A stretch of DNA of 64,000 bases from a virus (IMGVR_UViG_3300049144_000095:1-64000), one strand, 5' to 3'. Shown: positions 45,503 through 55,123, numbered from the stretch's first letter. The notes: generated from the letters alone by a model not told the origin. Made by a program: numbers and translations.

Positions 45503-45985
45503 TCACGATCCGACGTCGCTGAACTTGCTCACGTTCACCACACCCTTGTAGCCGACGGCGAGATAGAACCGCAGGGTGTCCCCGATGCCGACGGGATACG
45601 GGTCGCGCACAGTGCCGGATCCCGCCTCCGACAGCTCACCCTGGTCGAGCGGAGCGTAGCCGTGAAGCAGGTCGCGGACCGCCTGGGAGAGCTGAAGGAG
45701 AGCCAGTCCCGAGGGGGCGACCGCCTGCACGATGAAGGCCGCCTGCTTCGTGGTCTCACCGTCTCCCGCCAGCCCGCAGAGGTCGGCAACGGTGATGCGC
45801 CCGCCGAACCCCGAAAGGTCAAATGCCTGGCCGAACCAGAGGATGACTGTCGGCTTGTACAGACCAGAGGGGTCCGGAGTGATCTCGTTGCTCTCGCCGA
45901 TACCTTCGAGGTAGACGGGGGTGTTCGGCAGTCCGAGGTCCACCCGGCGGTAGATGTCGAGTTGCCAGTCCAGAAGGGAGACCAC
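45503..45985 (-). CDS. Tail terminator protein
   Basis: Position before tail tube; beta-rich; ends DVGS. Confidence 0.7.
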   Translation of the reverse strand: MVSLLDWQLDIYRRVDLGLPNTPVYLEGIGESNEITPDPSGLYKPTVILWFGQAFDLSGFGGRITVADLCGLAGDGETTKQAAFIVQAVAPSGLALLQLSQAVRDLLHGYAPLDQGELSEAGSGTVRDPYPVGIGDTLRFYLAVGYKGVVNVSKFSDVGS

Positions 45986-45986
45986 C

Positions 45987-46349
45987 TCAGGCCTCCTTGC
46001 CTATGAGGTCCGCCAGAGCCTGCGGCCAGGACGTGAAACGCACCGCCCGATCGTCGAGGTAGCTCGTCGCGGGAAGCTTCCGGTTGGTCACCAGCAGAAC
46101 GCCCCGCTGGTTCCAGAAGTCCCAGACGTAGCTCGGGGGCCCGTCAACGGTCACATGGAAGCCGTGCTCCCTCAGCCAGGAAGCCACCTGCCACTTGTCG
46201 CGGCTGGTGAGGATGAACACGGCCTCCTCGATCATCAGCGACTTCAGTCCTTCGAGGGCACCCTCCACTGGTTCGTCGTAGATGGAGCCGTCGTGCCAGC
46301 CGCGTGAGTAGCGGTGCACGACCCCGTCGAAGTCCACTGCGATCGTCAT
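45987..46349 (-). CDS. Capless HAD-family phosphatase
   Basis: IAVDFDGVVH (I), ILTSR (II), K, YLDDRA (IV); ATGA coupling. Confidence 0.85.
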   Translation of the reverse strand: MTIAVDFDGVVHRYSRGWHDGSIYDEPVEGALEGLKSLMIEEAVFILTSRDKWQVASWLREHGFHVTVDGPPSYVWDFWNQRGVLLVTNRKLPATSYLDDRAVRFTSWPQALADLIGKEA

Positions 46350-46930
46350 GCTGCACTCCGTTCGCCGTGCGGTACGCGTGCCAGTTCGCGCATCCGGACC
46401 AGCCGCTTGTCGCTGACGCCGAAAGGGCGGTAGTGCAGACACCGAGCACAGCGCCCGCAGTCGCTGTTCGCCAGGACGGGGTGCTCGCACGTGCAGGCTG
46501 CGTGAGCCCTCTCGATCGCCGAGCAGTCTCCGTGGAACAGGCCCGCCTCTCCGCGCCACCACGGCCCGCGTGACCCGTGCCAGGAGTGCGAGACGTTCAC
46601 GGGGTCGCCCTTGCGGTCGCGCCCCTGGCACCAGGCGCACCGGGTCAGCAGGCGGCGCCGCAGAAGCTGGAGGGGGCGGATCTGGATACGCCAGTGGTGG
46701 AGGTGCAGTTTCCATCGCTTGCCCCGGCAGGTGACGTCGTCATGGCCCGAAGGGTCCCGGTGCCACACCGTGATCATGCCGGGCCAGTACAGGCCTCTCC
46801 CGGCCACGGTCCAGTAGGCACCTCTGAAGTCCCACCGGATGCCCTGCTTCAGGGCCACGCCGGTCTTCCAGGCGCTGCGACGGGGCCAGGGACGGGGGAT
46901 CTCCACCACCACGGTAAGGGGATCGTGCAT
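46346..46930 (-). CDS. Hypothetical Trp/Cys/His-rich protein
   Basis: TVWHRDPSGHD, HLHHWRIQ, RCAWC, CARC. Confidence 0.65.
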   Translation of the reverse strand: MHDPLTVVVEIPRPWPRRSAWKTGVALKQGIRWDFRGAYWTVAGRGLYWPGMITVWHRDPSGHDDVTCRGKRWKLHLHHWRIQIRPLQLLRRRLLTRCAWCQGRDRKGDPVNVSHSWHGSRGPWWRGEAGLFHGDCSAIERAHAACTCEHPVLANSDCGRCARCLHYRPFGVSDKRLVRMRELARVPHGERSAA

Positions 46931-47343
46931 CAGCGGCCCCCCAGGCGTGCGGAGAGTTCCGCCGTCACGGAGTTGAAGGCGTCGAACACGGCCATCATGG
47001 GCGTGATGCCGGTCCTGGTGCCGAACTCCTGGAACGGGGCGTAGAAGGGGTTCCCGTACTCCCAGCCGAAGGAGATCTTCAGGATGTCCGTACCGAAGTC
47101 TCCGGTCCCGGTGACGGAAGCCTTCATCTGGCCGGTGTCGACACGGGACTTGGCGCGCACCATCCCCTCACCCCGCCGACGGGCATTCGACAGGTCGAGC
47201 ACCAGCCGCTGGCGCGACTTGTTCAAGTGGTCGACAACGAAAGCCGACAGGCCGATATCGAAAGCACCGCCAGGCGTGCCTCCGCCGTAGTACCGCTGCG
47301 CACCGCCGAACCGGTAGTTGTACTTGATGCCGATGTAGGCCAT
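46930..47343 (-). CDS. HK97 gp10-like neck/tail completion protein
   Basis: SRVDTGQMKASV...YAPFQEFGT..ITPM. Confidence 0.8.
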   Translation of the reverse strand: MAYIGIKYNYRFGGAQRYYGGGTPGGAFDIGLSAFVVDHLNKSRQRLVLDLSNARRRGEGMVRAKSRVDTGQMKASVTGTGDFGTDILKISFGWEYGNPFYAPFQEFGTRTGITPMMAVFDAFNSVTAELSARLGGR

Positions 47344-47352
47344 CCCAACCTC

Positions 47353-48201
47353 CTACGCCTGGAGAGCCGCGCCCAGGGCTTCCTCTTCCGGAGCGGTGGG
47401 CAGGTTTTCTTCGAGGTCTATCACCTCATGATCCTTCAGTTCTCCGGCGAGAGCGTTCATTTCTTCCGACCGCATCGCGAGGATGCGGGCCGAACGCTGC
47501 TCCACCGTGCCTTCCGTGAGCTGAGTCCCCGGCCTGTTGTACCCGTGGAACCCGGCGTGGAAGGCGCGCGGGCGCGTCGTGTAGACGGTCTTCGCTCCCA
47601 TGGATTCGCGAATGCGGTTGATCAGGCCGTCCTGTTCGGCATGGCCCGCCGGAATGATGCTTCCGGGGAACATCCGCTGGCAGTACCGGACCATGTCGCC
47701 GTAGTACCCGGGCCCGTCGTGCGCCGTGATCCTGTCGGCCACGTCACGGCGCATGGAAACCCCCAGCGACTGATACGAGGGGTGGAGGTAGGCGGCCTCG
47801 CTTCTCGGCCTGATCTGGTTCTGGTTGCGGCAGGCGCTCACCGCGAAAGCCGAGGGGGCTATCCGGTGCATGGCTTCGTGGTACCTGAAGTACCCCCGCG
47901 CGACCAGGACATCGTCCTCGACGATGTGGAGCAGAGACCAGGGCAGGCGCATGCAGTCGCGGATGCCGGACATGACGTTGTAGGAATTGCCCCGGTATGG
48001 GTGATCGTGCATTTCCCGGAGGTAGATGGACGTGAAGCGCCGGGAGAACTTCTCCGCGACAGTCCTGCATTCCGGGTCGTAGGAACGGTCGAGGCTCACC
48101 ACGACAGACACCCCGTCAGGAGCTGCCTGCTCAAGGCACGTCAAGCAGGCATGCAGCATGTCGGGCCTGCGCCAAGCGGGGATGAGAACGACATGCTTCA
48201 T
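47353..48201 (-). CDS. GT-A fold glycosyltransferase
   Basis: LIPAWRRPDML, HIVEDD, RAFHAGFHG; paralog of 19241-20140. Confidence 0.85.
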   Translation of the reverse strand: MKHVVLIPAWRRPDMLHACLTCLEQAAPDGVSVVVSLDRSYDPECRTVAEKFSRRFTSIYLREMHDHPYRGNSYNVMSGIRDCMRLPWSLLHIVEDDVLVARGYFRYHEAMHRIAPSAFAVSACRNQNQIRPRSEAAYLHPSYQSLGVSMRRDVADRITAHDGPGYYGDMVRYCQRMFPGSIIPAGHAEQDGLINRIRESMGAKTVYTTRPRAFHAGFHGYNRPGTQLTEGTVEQRSARILAMRSEEMNALAGELKDHEVIDLEENLPTAPEEEALGAALQA

Positions 48202-48202
48202 G

Positions 48203-48553
48203 TCAGTCCACCTTCGGTAGGGCGTGGAACGAGCCGTCTGCCGCGAAGACGGCCTTGATGTCAGCCAGTGGCACGTCGGTCAGCGATAGCCAGCAATCCC
48301 GGCACGGGGTGCCGTCCTCTGGCACAGGTTTGCCGCAATATCGGCACGGGGTGCCAGGTTCCTCCACGGGGCGGCCGCACGGGCTGGCATGGTCCGGATG
48401 ATCGGGGAAGCGGCACTCCTCGCGCCCGCCGGAAGCGCACGACCGGCACACGCCCGGGGTAATCCGGTCCAGCCAGGCCGGATGGAACACCTCGCCACAG
48501 AAGGAGCACGAGAACGGCACCCCGTGGCCAGTTCCAGGTCGGGTCATGGGCAC
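48203..48553 (-). CDS. Small Cys-rich Zn-binding protein
   Basis: CSFC, CRSC, C..H.H..C, CRYC, CRDC; coupled between two GT genes. Confidence 0.55.
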   Translation of the reverse strand: MPMTRPGTGHGVPFSCSFCGEVFHPAWLDRITPGVCRSCASGGREECRFPDHPDHASPCGRPVEEPGTPCRYCGKPVPEDGTPCRDCWLSLTDVPLADIKAVFAADGSFHALPKVD

Positions 48554-49449
48554 TGCACCAGCTTCAGGGCCACGTTACGAAACTCGGCGTTCCGCTTCAG
48601 CAGATGCTCCCTGGCGGCTTGGCCGACCTCACGCCTCCGGTGGGGAGTCAGTGCCGCCGCACGCTGCACCGCATCGATGATCAGCCCGGGGTCCGTGTAG
48701 GTCTGAAGGGCCTGGTGATGGCTTCGGGTTTTCGTCACTCCGAGCAGATAGCCCCACTCCGGCCGGATGTGCTCGTTCATCGGCGAGGCATCCGTTGTGA
48801 TCACAACTGCTCCGACGGACATGGCCTCGGTGATGTAGTGCCCCCAGCCTTCAGCGACTGAGGGGCAAAGGTGGATCTCGTGTTCGTTCATCAGGCGGTC
48901 CAGCTCCCGCCCGGTAGGCGAGATGACGACAGAGATGTGATCCGGTACGCGAACCGGCTCCTTCGAGACGATGGTCAACGGCGGGAGATCCGGATTCCGG
49001 CGCCACGCCTCGACCACTTCTTCGGTGCCCTTCATCTGCGACTTCCCGCGTACGTGAAGGCACTTCAGTTCCCTTGGAACCGCTGGGTCCATCCGGTCGC
49101 AGCCGAGGAACCCCGTGAGGCGCACGTCGCGGGCTCCCCGCTGACGGCAGAACTGTGCAGCGTATGAACTCTTCGCCCATATCTGGTCAAAGGCGGGCAA
49201 GTACTTCAGCCACTCGGTGGGGTACCACTCCAGGTTCAGCACGGCAATGTTCCGGTCGGCGCACTTGGCCAGGTTCCGGCTGACAAGCTCCAGGTGAAAG
49301 GCGACATCGGCGTGGTCCATCACGTCCGACTGCCAGTCCTCGAAGGAGACTTCATGTCCCGCCGACGTGAAAAGGTCCGTCAGCAGCTTCGCATCCAGTG
49401 ACAGGCCGACACCGTTATCCCGGCTGATGAGGGCAATTTTCAGCCCCAC
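48544..49449 (-). CDS. GT-B (GT4-like) glycosyltransferase
   Basis: LHVRGKSQMKGT; IHLCPSVAEGWGHYITEAMSVGAVVITTD (EX7E). Confidence 0.9.
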   Translation of the reverse strand: MGLKIALISRDNGVGLSLDAKLLTDLFTSAGHEVSFEDWQSDVMDHADVAFHLELVSRNLAKCADRNIAVLNLEWYPTEWLKYLPAFDQIWAKSSYAAQFCRQRGARDVRLTGFLGCDRMDPAVPRELKCLHVRGKSQMKGTEEVVEAWRRNPDLPPLTIVSKEPVRVPDHISVVISPTGRELDRLMNEHEIHLCPSVAEGWGHYITEAMSVGAVVITTDASPMNEHIRPEWGYLLGVTKTRSHHQALQTYTDPGLIIDAVQRAAALTPHRRREVGQAAREHLLKRNAEFRNVALKLVQCP

Positions 49450-49468
49450 GTTCCCCCACCTTCCCCCG

Positions 49469-50038
49469 TCAGGGTCCCGTGACCTCGGGATTCCAGACAA
49501 TCGGCTGCATCGAATACGGCTCTGGCAAAGTCTGCGGATGGCCCGCGTCCACGTCGCACAGGAGATTCCGCAGCCATGCGTTCGAGGACATCAGCGGGTT
49601 GCGCACATGAAGAAGATAGTGGCCAAGTTCTGGATCGCCCATGACAAGGTGACCGAGATCGGGGTCGTCCGGGTCCGGGGTGAAAGGCCTGACCAGGTCA
49701 TTGGCATGGATGGGCGGGCACTCGCGGATGGGCGTCTGAACCCGGATAGCGTGATCGGTGCCCATGTCGCCGCGCTGGGTCCTGACGCGCGCACGCCAGT
49801 CCTTGTTGTTCGCCAGCCGGGCTCGGCCCCGGTACAGGAGGACCAGCTCTGGATACTTCTCGCCGCCTTGCCCGTCCGGAATCGTCAGGCCGCCGGTGAC
49901 GGGATCAAAACCGTACTCATTACCTCGACTTGGTCTGCGGAATATCTCCACGGCGGCGTTCATGTGCCCGCGAGGAACCGACCGCTGATGCCATGCCCAG
50001 CGTGGATCCAGGGCCGTCCGCCTGTTGAGTGCAGCCAT
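49469..50038 (-). CDS. Head-to-tail stopper (DUF6093-like)
   Basis: LLYRGRARL...IRVQTP..CPPIHANDLV; after adaptor. Confidence 0.7.
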   Translation of the reverse strand: MAALNRRTALDPRWAWHQRSVPRGHMNAAVEIFRRPSRGNEYGFDPVTGGLTIPDGQGGEKYPELVLLYRGRARLANNKDWRARVRTQRGDMGTDHAIRVQTPIRECPPIHANDLVRPFTPDPDDPDLGHLVMGDPELGHYLLHVRNPLMSSNAWLRNLLCDVDAGHPQTLPEPYSMQPIVWNPEVTGP

Positions 50039-50092
50039 GCACCCATTCTGCACGCAGATCTGGACAGAGATTGCTGTGGATTTCGATTCGGT

Positions 50093-50578
50093 TTACAGCC
50101 ACCTGCCCACGGTGCTTCGACCTCCGGGCGTCTCCCAGGCCGGAAAACCGTGCAGGGTGTAGGAGAACCCGTCCACCGGCACCGGCTGGAAGTCGACGAT
50201 CATCATTCCCTCGGCTTCCTCCTCGACCGCTTCCGCCCGGTCCTCAAGGGCCTTGGCTCCAGATAGAAGCGCCGAGGCCAGCTTCGCGCCGTCGGTCTGA
50301 AGATCCTCGGTCCGGATCACCTTCTGGATCAGGGCTTCGGATACCGCAAGAGCCCTCAGTGCCGATGCAGCCGCACGGTAGAGGCGCGCAACGCCCTCAC
50401 CCTGAGCAATCTCATAGAGGCGCTGGAGGTGAAGGTCGGAGAACATGTACTCCGCATTGCCCTCACCGGCGTAGTCCACTTGCTCCACGTCGGGGATGAG
50501 GGCCCGGATGGTGCCGACCGTCGTGGAGAGGTCCGGCGGGTAGACGTCCTGCCGAGCGGTGGTTCCGATGGCGGCCAT
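50093..50578 (-). CDS. Head-to-tail adaptor
   Basis: VGTIRALIPD...FSD..L...AAASALRALA..IRTEDLQTDG pattern of actinophage adaptors. Confidence 0.8.
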   Translation of the reverse strand: MAAIGTTARQDVYPPDLSTTVGTIRALIPDVEQVDYAGEGNAEYMFSDLHLQRLYEIAQGEGVARLYRAAASALRALAVSEALIQKVIRTEDLQTDGAKLASALLSGAKALEDRAEAVEEEAEGMMIVDFQPVPVDGFSYTLHGFPAWETPGGRSTVGRWL

Positions 50579-50659
50579 TGCGTCACCCTCCCTGGATCGA
50601 CACGCAGCGGGCCTTTCGGAGATCACTCTAGGCGTCTCGCAGCGCCCACTGAAGGTGTG

Positions 50660-50815
50660 TCCGATTTGGTAATTATGCACTAATTAACGGTAATTAATAC
50701 CCTCCACTGGTATCAGGCATCCTGACCTGGGCGGATGCCAGCCGCGACGTTCGGCATCCTGAGGTCGAACAAGGGCTTGCTCATTTATAGCAAACCTTTT
50801 CATGAGTGAAATGGG
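50660..50815. other. AT-rich intergenic region with phased TAATTA palindromes and short repeats
   Basis: TAATTA at 50670, 50681, 50691; GGCATCCTGA at 50717 and 50754. Confidence 0.6.
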
Positions 50816-51299
50816 TTATCGCAGCAGGTCAAGCCAGTAGGTGCTCAAGCCCTGGCAATGCATGTCGAACCCCCTTGCACATGGATCGACAAGGAAGGGT
50901 ATCTGGTGTCCCCTTTGGGTCGATTTGAGAGTTCTCGGAATGGCATCCAACTCTCGGAAAAAACAGAGATGCATCAGGGGTGACCTGCTGCCACCCGGAC
51001 CTAAGAACAAGAGATAGTCCTCATCGCCGTTGTCCTCTACCGGTAGTAGGGGGCGTGGCGCCGCGAACTGAGGAGGCAATCGCTTCGCTCGGGTACCAGT
51101 GGGGGCTGAGCCAAGTCTGTGTCTGCGGCCACGGGGTGCTGAACGCGCGCCTGAAGCGTCCCGTAGTCATCGGTGGGGGTGCGGGCGGACGTGAGTGCTG
51201 CGAGGACCGCACAGGGCCGCACAGGGCTTCCCGGGCCACGCATCGAGGGTTGCGTGCCTCATGCCGAAGAGGGAGACTCGTTCCAGGAAAGGAGAAGGC

Positions 51300-51656
51300 A
51301 TGCACTTGACTACGGAACGGGTCCTTTCCGCCGCCCGGATGCCCGGCCTGTCGCACGGGGCGTTCCGTCTCTACGTCATCCTGGCCGGAGCTGCGGCTCA
51401 GCGGAGCGCCGAGGGTGACTACTTCCCCGTGACGCTCAAGGGCCTGCTGCGGCTGCACCCGGGCATTGCCGGACGCTGCGCCGGGACGACCACCGTCTTG
51501 AAGCAGATGGCCGAGCTTCAGCGCAGGGGGCTGATCCTGATGGACTCCGCGCTACACCGTAACGAGCCGGAACTTCCAGTTCGCGTGAAGGTACTGGAGG
51601 CCGGGTTTTCCGAGGAGTTCCAGATCGCCCTGGCGGACATGGTCTGCCTTCAGTGA
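51300..51656 (+). CDS. Winged-helix protein (HTH_36/Rep N-terminal-like)
   Basis: GLSHGAFRLYVIL...TVLKQMAELQRRGLI; RBS GAAAGGAG. Confidence 0.6.
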   Translation: MHLTTERVLSAARMPGLSHGAFRLYVILAGAAAQRSAEGDYFPVTLKGLLRLHPGIAGRCAGTTTVLKQMAELQRRGLILMDSALHRNEPELPVRVKVLEAGFSEEFQIALADMVCLQ

Positions 51657-51903
51657 CGTTGCGACTACTCAGCGAACGACCTTGTGGCGTCCCTTAGTTC
51701 ACTTGTAAGCGTGGTGTATTCTCCGGCCGTTCGCACCTGCCGGATACGAAGGGAAGAGTGGATGGTGATGGCGACCGGACCGGAAGCTGGATGTCCGGAG
51801 TAGAGCAGGCCCGGAGCGGCGGCAAGATTCTAGCGCGCTCGTAGCTATTACCTCCCTCGGAAAGGAGAGCGGATGAACGCAGTTCATTCGCAGTGATTGC
51901 ACT

Positions 51904-52221
51904 ATGAAGAACGAGAACCTGCGGCTCACCAAGACGACGATTGCGGTACTTCAACAACTCTTGGCCGCCACGGACGAACACCCTGCATACGGATCCGAAA
52001 TTGCATACCGTGCAGACCTTGAAGTGAGCACTGTTTCATACATCTTGAAACGCCTTCGCGAAATCGGGTGGGCCGAGGGGTGGCACGAGGACGACGGTTT
52101 GCACATTCCGGGTCCCGGACGTTACTACCACGAATTGACTCCTGTTGGATACGAGAATGCCGTGAAAGCCCTACTCGCTCGTGACAGGCGTCGCCGCGAA
52201 CAGTTCCGGAGATTTTACTGA
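51904..52221 (+). CDS. PadR-family wHTH regulator
   Basis: YGSEIA..ADLEVSTVSYILKRL..GW....RYYHELTPVG. Confidence 0.8.
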   Translation: MKNENLRLTKTTIAVLQQLLAATDEHPAYGSEIAYRADLEVSTVSYILKRLREIGWAEGWHEDDGLHIPGPGRYYHELTPVGYENAVKALLARDRRRREQFRRFY

Positions 52222-52298
52222 TTCACCACCTCGGCGCTTTCACGGAAGCGCTGGCCGGTGGAATCTTGTACGGATTCAGCAAATACGGAGGCCCCATC

Positions 52299-52847
52299 GT
52301 GAATGCCGATGAACTGACCAGCCTCGGCGAACACCTGCACGGGCTGCTTCGGGCGGCCCAACCGGACGCCGCCTCTCGACTCAGTACCGACACGCTGGAG
52401 CGGGTCGCGGAAGACTTCCTGACGGAGGCTGCCGCGCAGGAGTGGCTTGCTTCCCAGATGGAGAAGACCCGGCTCCGATCTCTGGAGTACGCCAACGGCG
52501 CGGCCATGGAGCTGAGGCCAGCCGAAGAAACTGCCGCCATGTGGGTAGGTATCTGCCGGGGCCTGCTGCAAAATGCTCCCAATTACAGCGAGACCCAAGT
52601 GGGCCTGGACGGAAAGATCGTAATGGAGACCCGCCTGTCGGGGTCATCTGAAATCTTCACCGTCACCGTGCAGAGGCACGGGCCGGAAAAACTCACCCCC
52701 CATGAAGCCCGCGTCAAGGCGGAGAACGCAATCTTTGCCGTATGGCGGTGGATCGAAAATGCCAACGACGGGCACGGGTCAGATATAGGCGACCTGATGT
52801 CGGTGCTGGAGCGACGCGGCTTCCCTGCCCCGGCCGACGGTGAGTGA
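52299..52847 (+). CDS. Hypothetical phage protein
   Basis: RBS GGAGG; LTPHEARVKAE motif. Confidence 0.65.
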   Translation: MNADELTSLGEHLHGLLRAAQPDAASRLSTDTLERVAEDFLTEAAAQEWLASQMEKTRLRSLEYANGAAMELRPAEETAAMWVGICRGLLQNAPNYSETQVGLDGKIVMETRLSGSSEIFTVTVQRHGPEKLTPHEARVKAENAIFAVWRWIENANDGHGSDIGDLMSVLERRGFPAPADGE

Positions 52848-52905
52848 ATATGCGGACCCTTCGGCAGACGGAAAAGATCACAACAACGCGTGAGGGTGGG
52901 CGTGG

Positions 52906-53157
52906 GTGAAGAAGACAGGCGTGGCACTGCTGGCGGAGAACGACCAACTCCGAATGGCCATAGCTGATGCTCTGAGTCGCCTGGACGGGGGCGCCCTGTC
53001 TGTGAAATGCGTTTCGTGCGGCGCGAGGCCGAGACTGTCCTGCTGCGACGATGACCCCCTGCCGTTCCCGCATGCGGCCCGAGTGAAGCAGGCGACAGAC
53101 GCCTTGCGGCAGGTGCTCGTGGATGCCCTCAAGGAGTCGGGGCCGATTCGTCAGTGA
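52906..53157 (+). CDS. Hypothetical protein with CxxC..CC
   Basis: KCVSCGARPRLSCC. Confidence 0.5.
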   Translation: MKKTGVALLAENDQLRMAIADALSRLDGGALSVKCVSCGARPRLSCCDDDPLPFPHAARVKQATDALRQVLVDALKESGPIRQ

Positions 53158-53494
53158 CACCTCGGGCCGGACCGTCACCTGGCGGGGGGTCGATGGGTTC
53201 CGCTCTGCCGAAGGCGTCCGGCCACCAGCGGCTTCGCCGCAGATCGCTGAACCGGCCGTCTCTTCCCGAAGGGGGAAACTCGACAACTTACTGAAAATAG
53301 AACACGGTTGAGAATCAACAGCGGGATCGGATGCTCCTTCGGGTGACTCCGGTCCCGTCTGTCTTTCCAGAATCTTCAGGAGGATGGTTTCTCTTTCGTG
53401 TCCCAACCTGAAAGACTCACCTCCGGCGAGGGTCCGGCCGCCATGAAGCGGCGGCACTGGCTGGCGAGAAAGTCCGGCGGAAAGGTTGGCGGGG

Positions 53495-53890
53495 ATGGCG
53501 CGAAAGCAGAACGTCTTGGGCCTCCTGCTGAGAGCTGGATCACTCCTCTTCGTGGCTCTCGTCATGGCCTTCAGCCCGTACTGGCCAGTGTCCTTCGTCT
53601 TCTTCTACTCCGCCGTCCTCATGCTTGGGCGGTTCAAGTATGAGGACGGCAGGAGAAGGCGCCGCAATGCTGAGCAGCAGTGGTGGGCCCGCCAGAAACG
53701 CGGCATCGTGCAGCCGCCGCTCGAACCCTGCTGCCTGCGTCACGACGACACGGGCTTCCTTCACGACCTGCTCTGCACGCGCGACCGCAGCGGCGAGGTG
53801 CCGACAGGGCCGGGGGGTTTCAGCGTGGACTGGGACCGGCTGGCGGCTGTGGAGCTGGGCAACCCGGATTCTGGAGAGGGCATTCAGTGA
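53495..53890 (+). CDS. Membrane protein (2 TM)
   Basis: Hydrophobic N-terminus; GTGA coupling to next gene. Confidence 0.5.
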   Translation: MARKQNVLGLLLRAGSLLFVALVMAFSPYWPVSFVFFYSAVLMLGRFKYEDGRRRRRNAEQQWWARQKRGIVQPPLEPCCLRHDDTGFLHDLLCTRDRSGEVPTGPGGFSVDWDRLAAVELGNPDSGEGIQ

Positions 53891-54249
53891 GTCTGCAACG
53901 CACCATGGACGATCCGCTGGCAGAGATAGCGCGCCTTCGGGACGGCGAAGAAGACGGCTGGACCGAAGCGGCCTGGCCGAGGCCGGGCCAGTACCTGAAG
54001 AGGCTGCACGAGCTGGACTCCGAGCAGCGCATTCAGAGCCTGGCGAACCTGCTCGGGGCTGCTGAAGCAGCCCATGCGTGTCTCGTGGGCATGCACCAGG
54101 AGAACCTTCAGGAGCTGCGTCAGCGCGCCATGAATTCCTGGTCCGCGCTCACCAGGATCGCCGGGCTGTGCCGGGACCCCGAGAGGGACGGCTTGATCCA
54201 TGTGAGCGAGATCGTCGAGCTTCTTCCCCCTGCTCTCCGGTACGGATGA
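53887..54249 (+). CDS. Hypothetical protein
   Basis: GTGA coupling; plausible codon use. Confidence 0.55.
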   Translation: MSLQRTMDDPLAEIARLRDGEEDGWTEAAWPRPGQYLKRLHELDSEQRIQSLANLLGAAEAAHACLVGMHQENLQELRQRAMNSWSALTRIAGLCRDPERDGLIHVSEIVELLPPALRYG

Positions 54250-54297
54250 GTCCGGCCGGTCAGTGAAGTTCGACTGAAGCAGACGGAAGGGGAAACC

Positions 54298-54750
54298 ATG
54301 GGAGACGTGCGCGACCCGGAGCGCGACCAGCCGCTGCCCAAGCCCGGAGGGCTGCCCGTTCAGGAGATCATGATCGGCGTCATCAGGGAGCGGCGCGAGT
54401 ACGGCAAACGCAAGTACGGCCGCCCGCTGGAGACGCACAACGGACGCGATGCCCTGAAGGACGCCTGGGAAGAAGCGCTGGATCTGTTCACCTACCTCAC
54501 ACAGCTCCGGCTGGAGCGCGGTGACGTCCTGCCGGGCATGAGCGGGACCGAGGAGGTGGAGCAGGGTGCCTCTGTGCGCACCTCCGTGCGGCAGAAGGAC
54601 CCGCTGGCGGAGCTGATACCGCACAAGTGTCTCCGCTGCGGGCACCGGCCGCATTTGCCTGGTCAGTGCCTGGGTGAAGCTCCGTCGGGGCTCGCCAACT
54701 GCCAGTGCGGCGCCGAGGCCCTGGTCGAGCGAGTACTCGGCACGCTTTAG
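54298..54750 (+). CDS. All-alpha NTP-pyrophosphatase-like protein with C-terminal Cys/His module
   Basis: ERREYGKRKYG....NGRDALKDAWEEALDLFTYL. Confidence 0.55.
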   Translation: MGDVRDPERDQPLPKPGGLPVQEIMIGVIRERREYGKRKYGRPLETHNGRDALKDAWEEALDLFTYLTQLRLERGDVLPGMSGTEEVEQGASVRTSVRQKDPLAELIPHKCLRCGHRPHLPGQCLGEAPSGLANCQCGAEALVERVLGTL

Positions 54751-55010
54751 CGAACAGGCCCGGAAAACCCGGGAGCCCCCGCCAGAGGCAGGGGCTCTTC
54801 GGAAAGGAGAAGAAACGCAACTGGGCCGACTAGAGCGACACAGACGTCCCTACTCACGGACGGGGAGGGTGAGTCCCACGCCACGTCCAAGAATGTACCC
54901 CATGGCGGGGATTGATGCCAACCGTTAGCGGTGGAGTCCAGGAGTGGCACGCTGTGCCAACAACCGATCTTCCCTTTGTGCTCCAGTCCGTAGCGCAGGA
55001 GTGAACGCAC

Positions 55011-55043
55011 GAAGACCCCCCGCCTGCATGTCGGGGGGTCTTC
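55011..55043 (-). terminator. Terminator after major capsid gene
   Basis: GAAGACCCCCCG/CGGGGGGTCTTC stem. Confidence 0.75.
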
Positions 55044-55123
55044 GTGTTGCCCGGCAGGGACGGAAGCCGGGCAGGGGCGGTCGAGATCTATCCCGGGTCA
55101 CCCGCCGCCCGGCTTGTCAGCGG

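Noticed and set aside
50816-51079. 87-aa - strand ORF in the AT-rich region
   Set aside because: No RBS, atypical codon use, no motif
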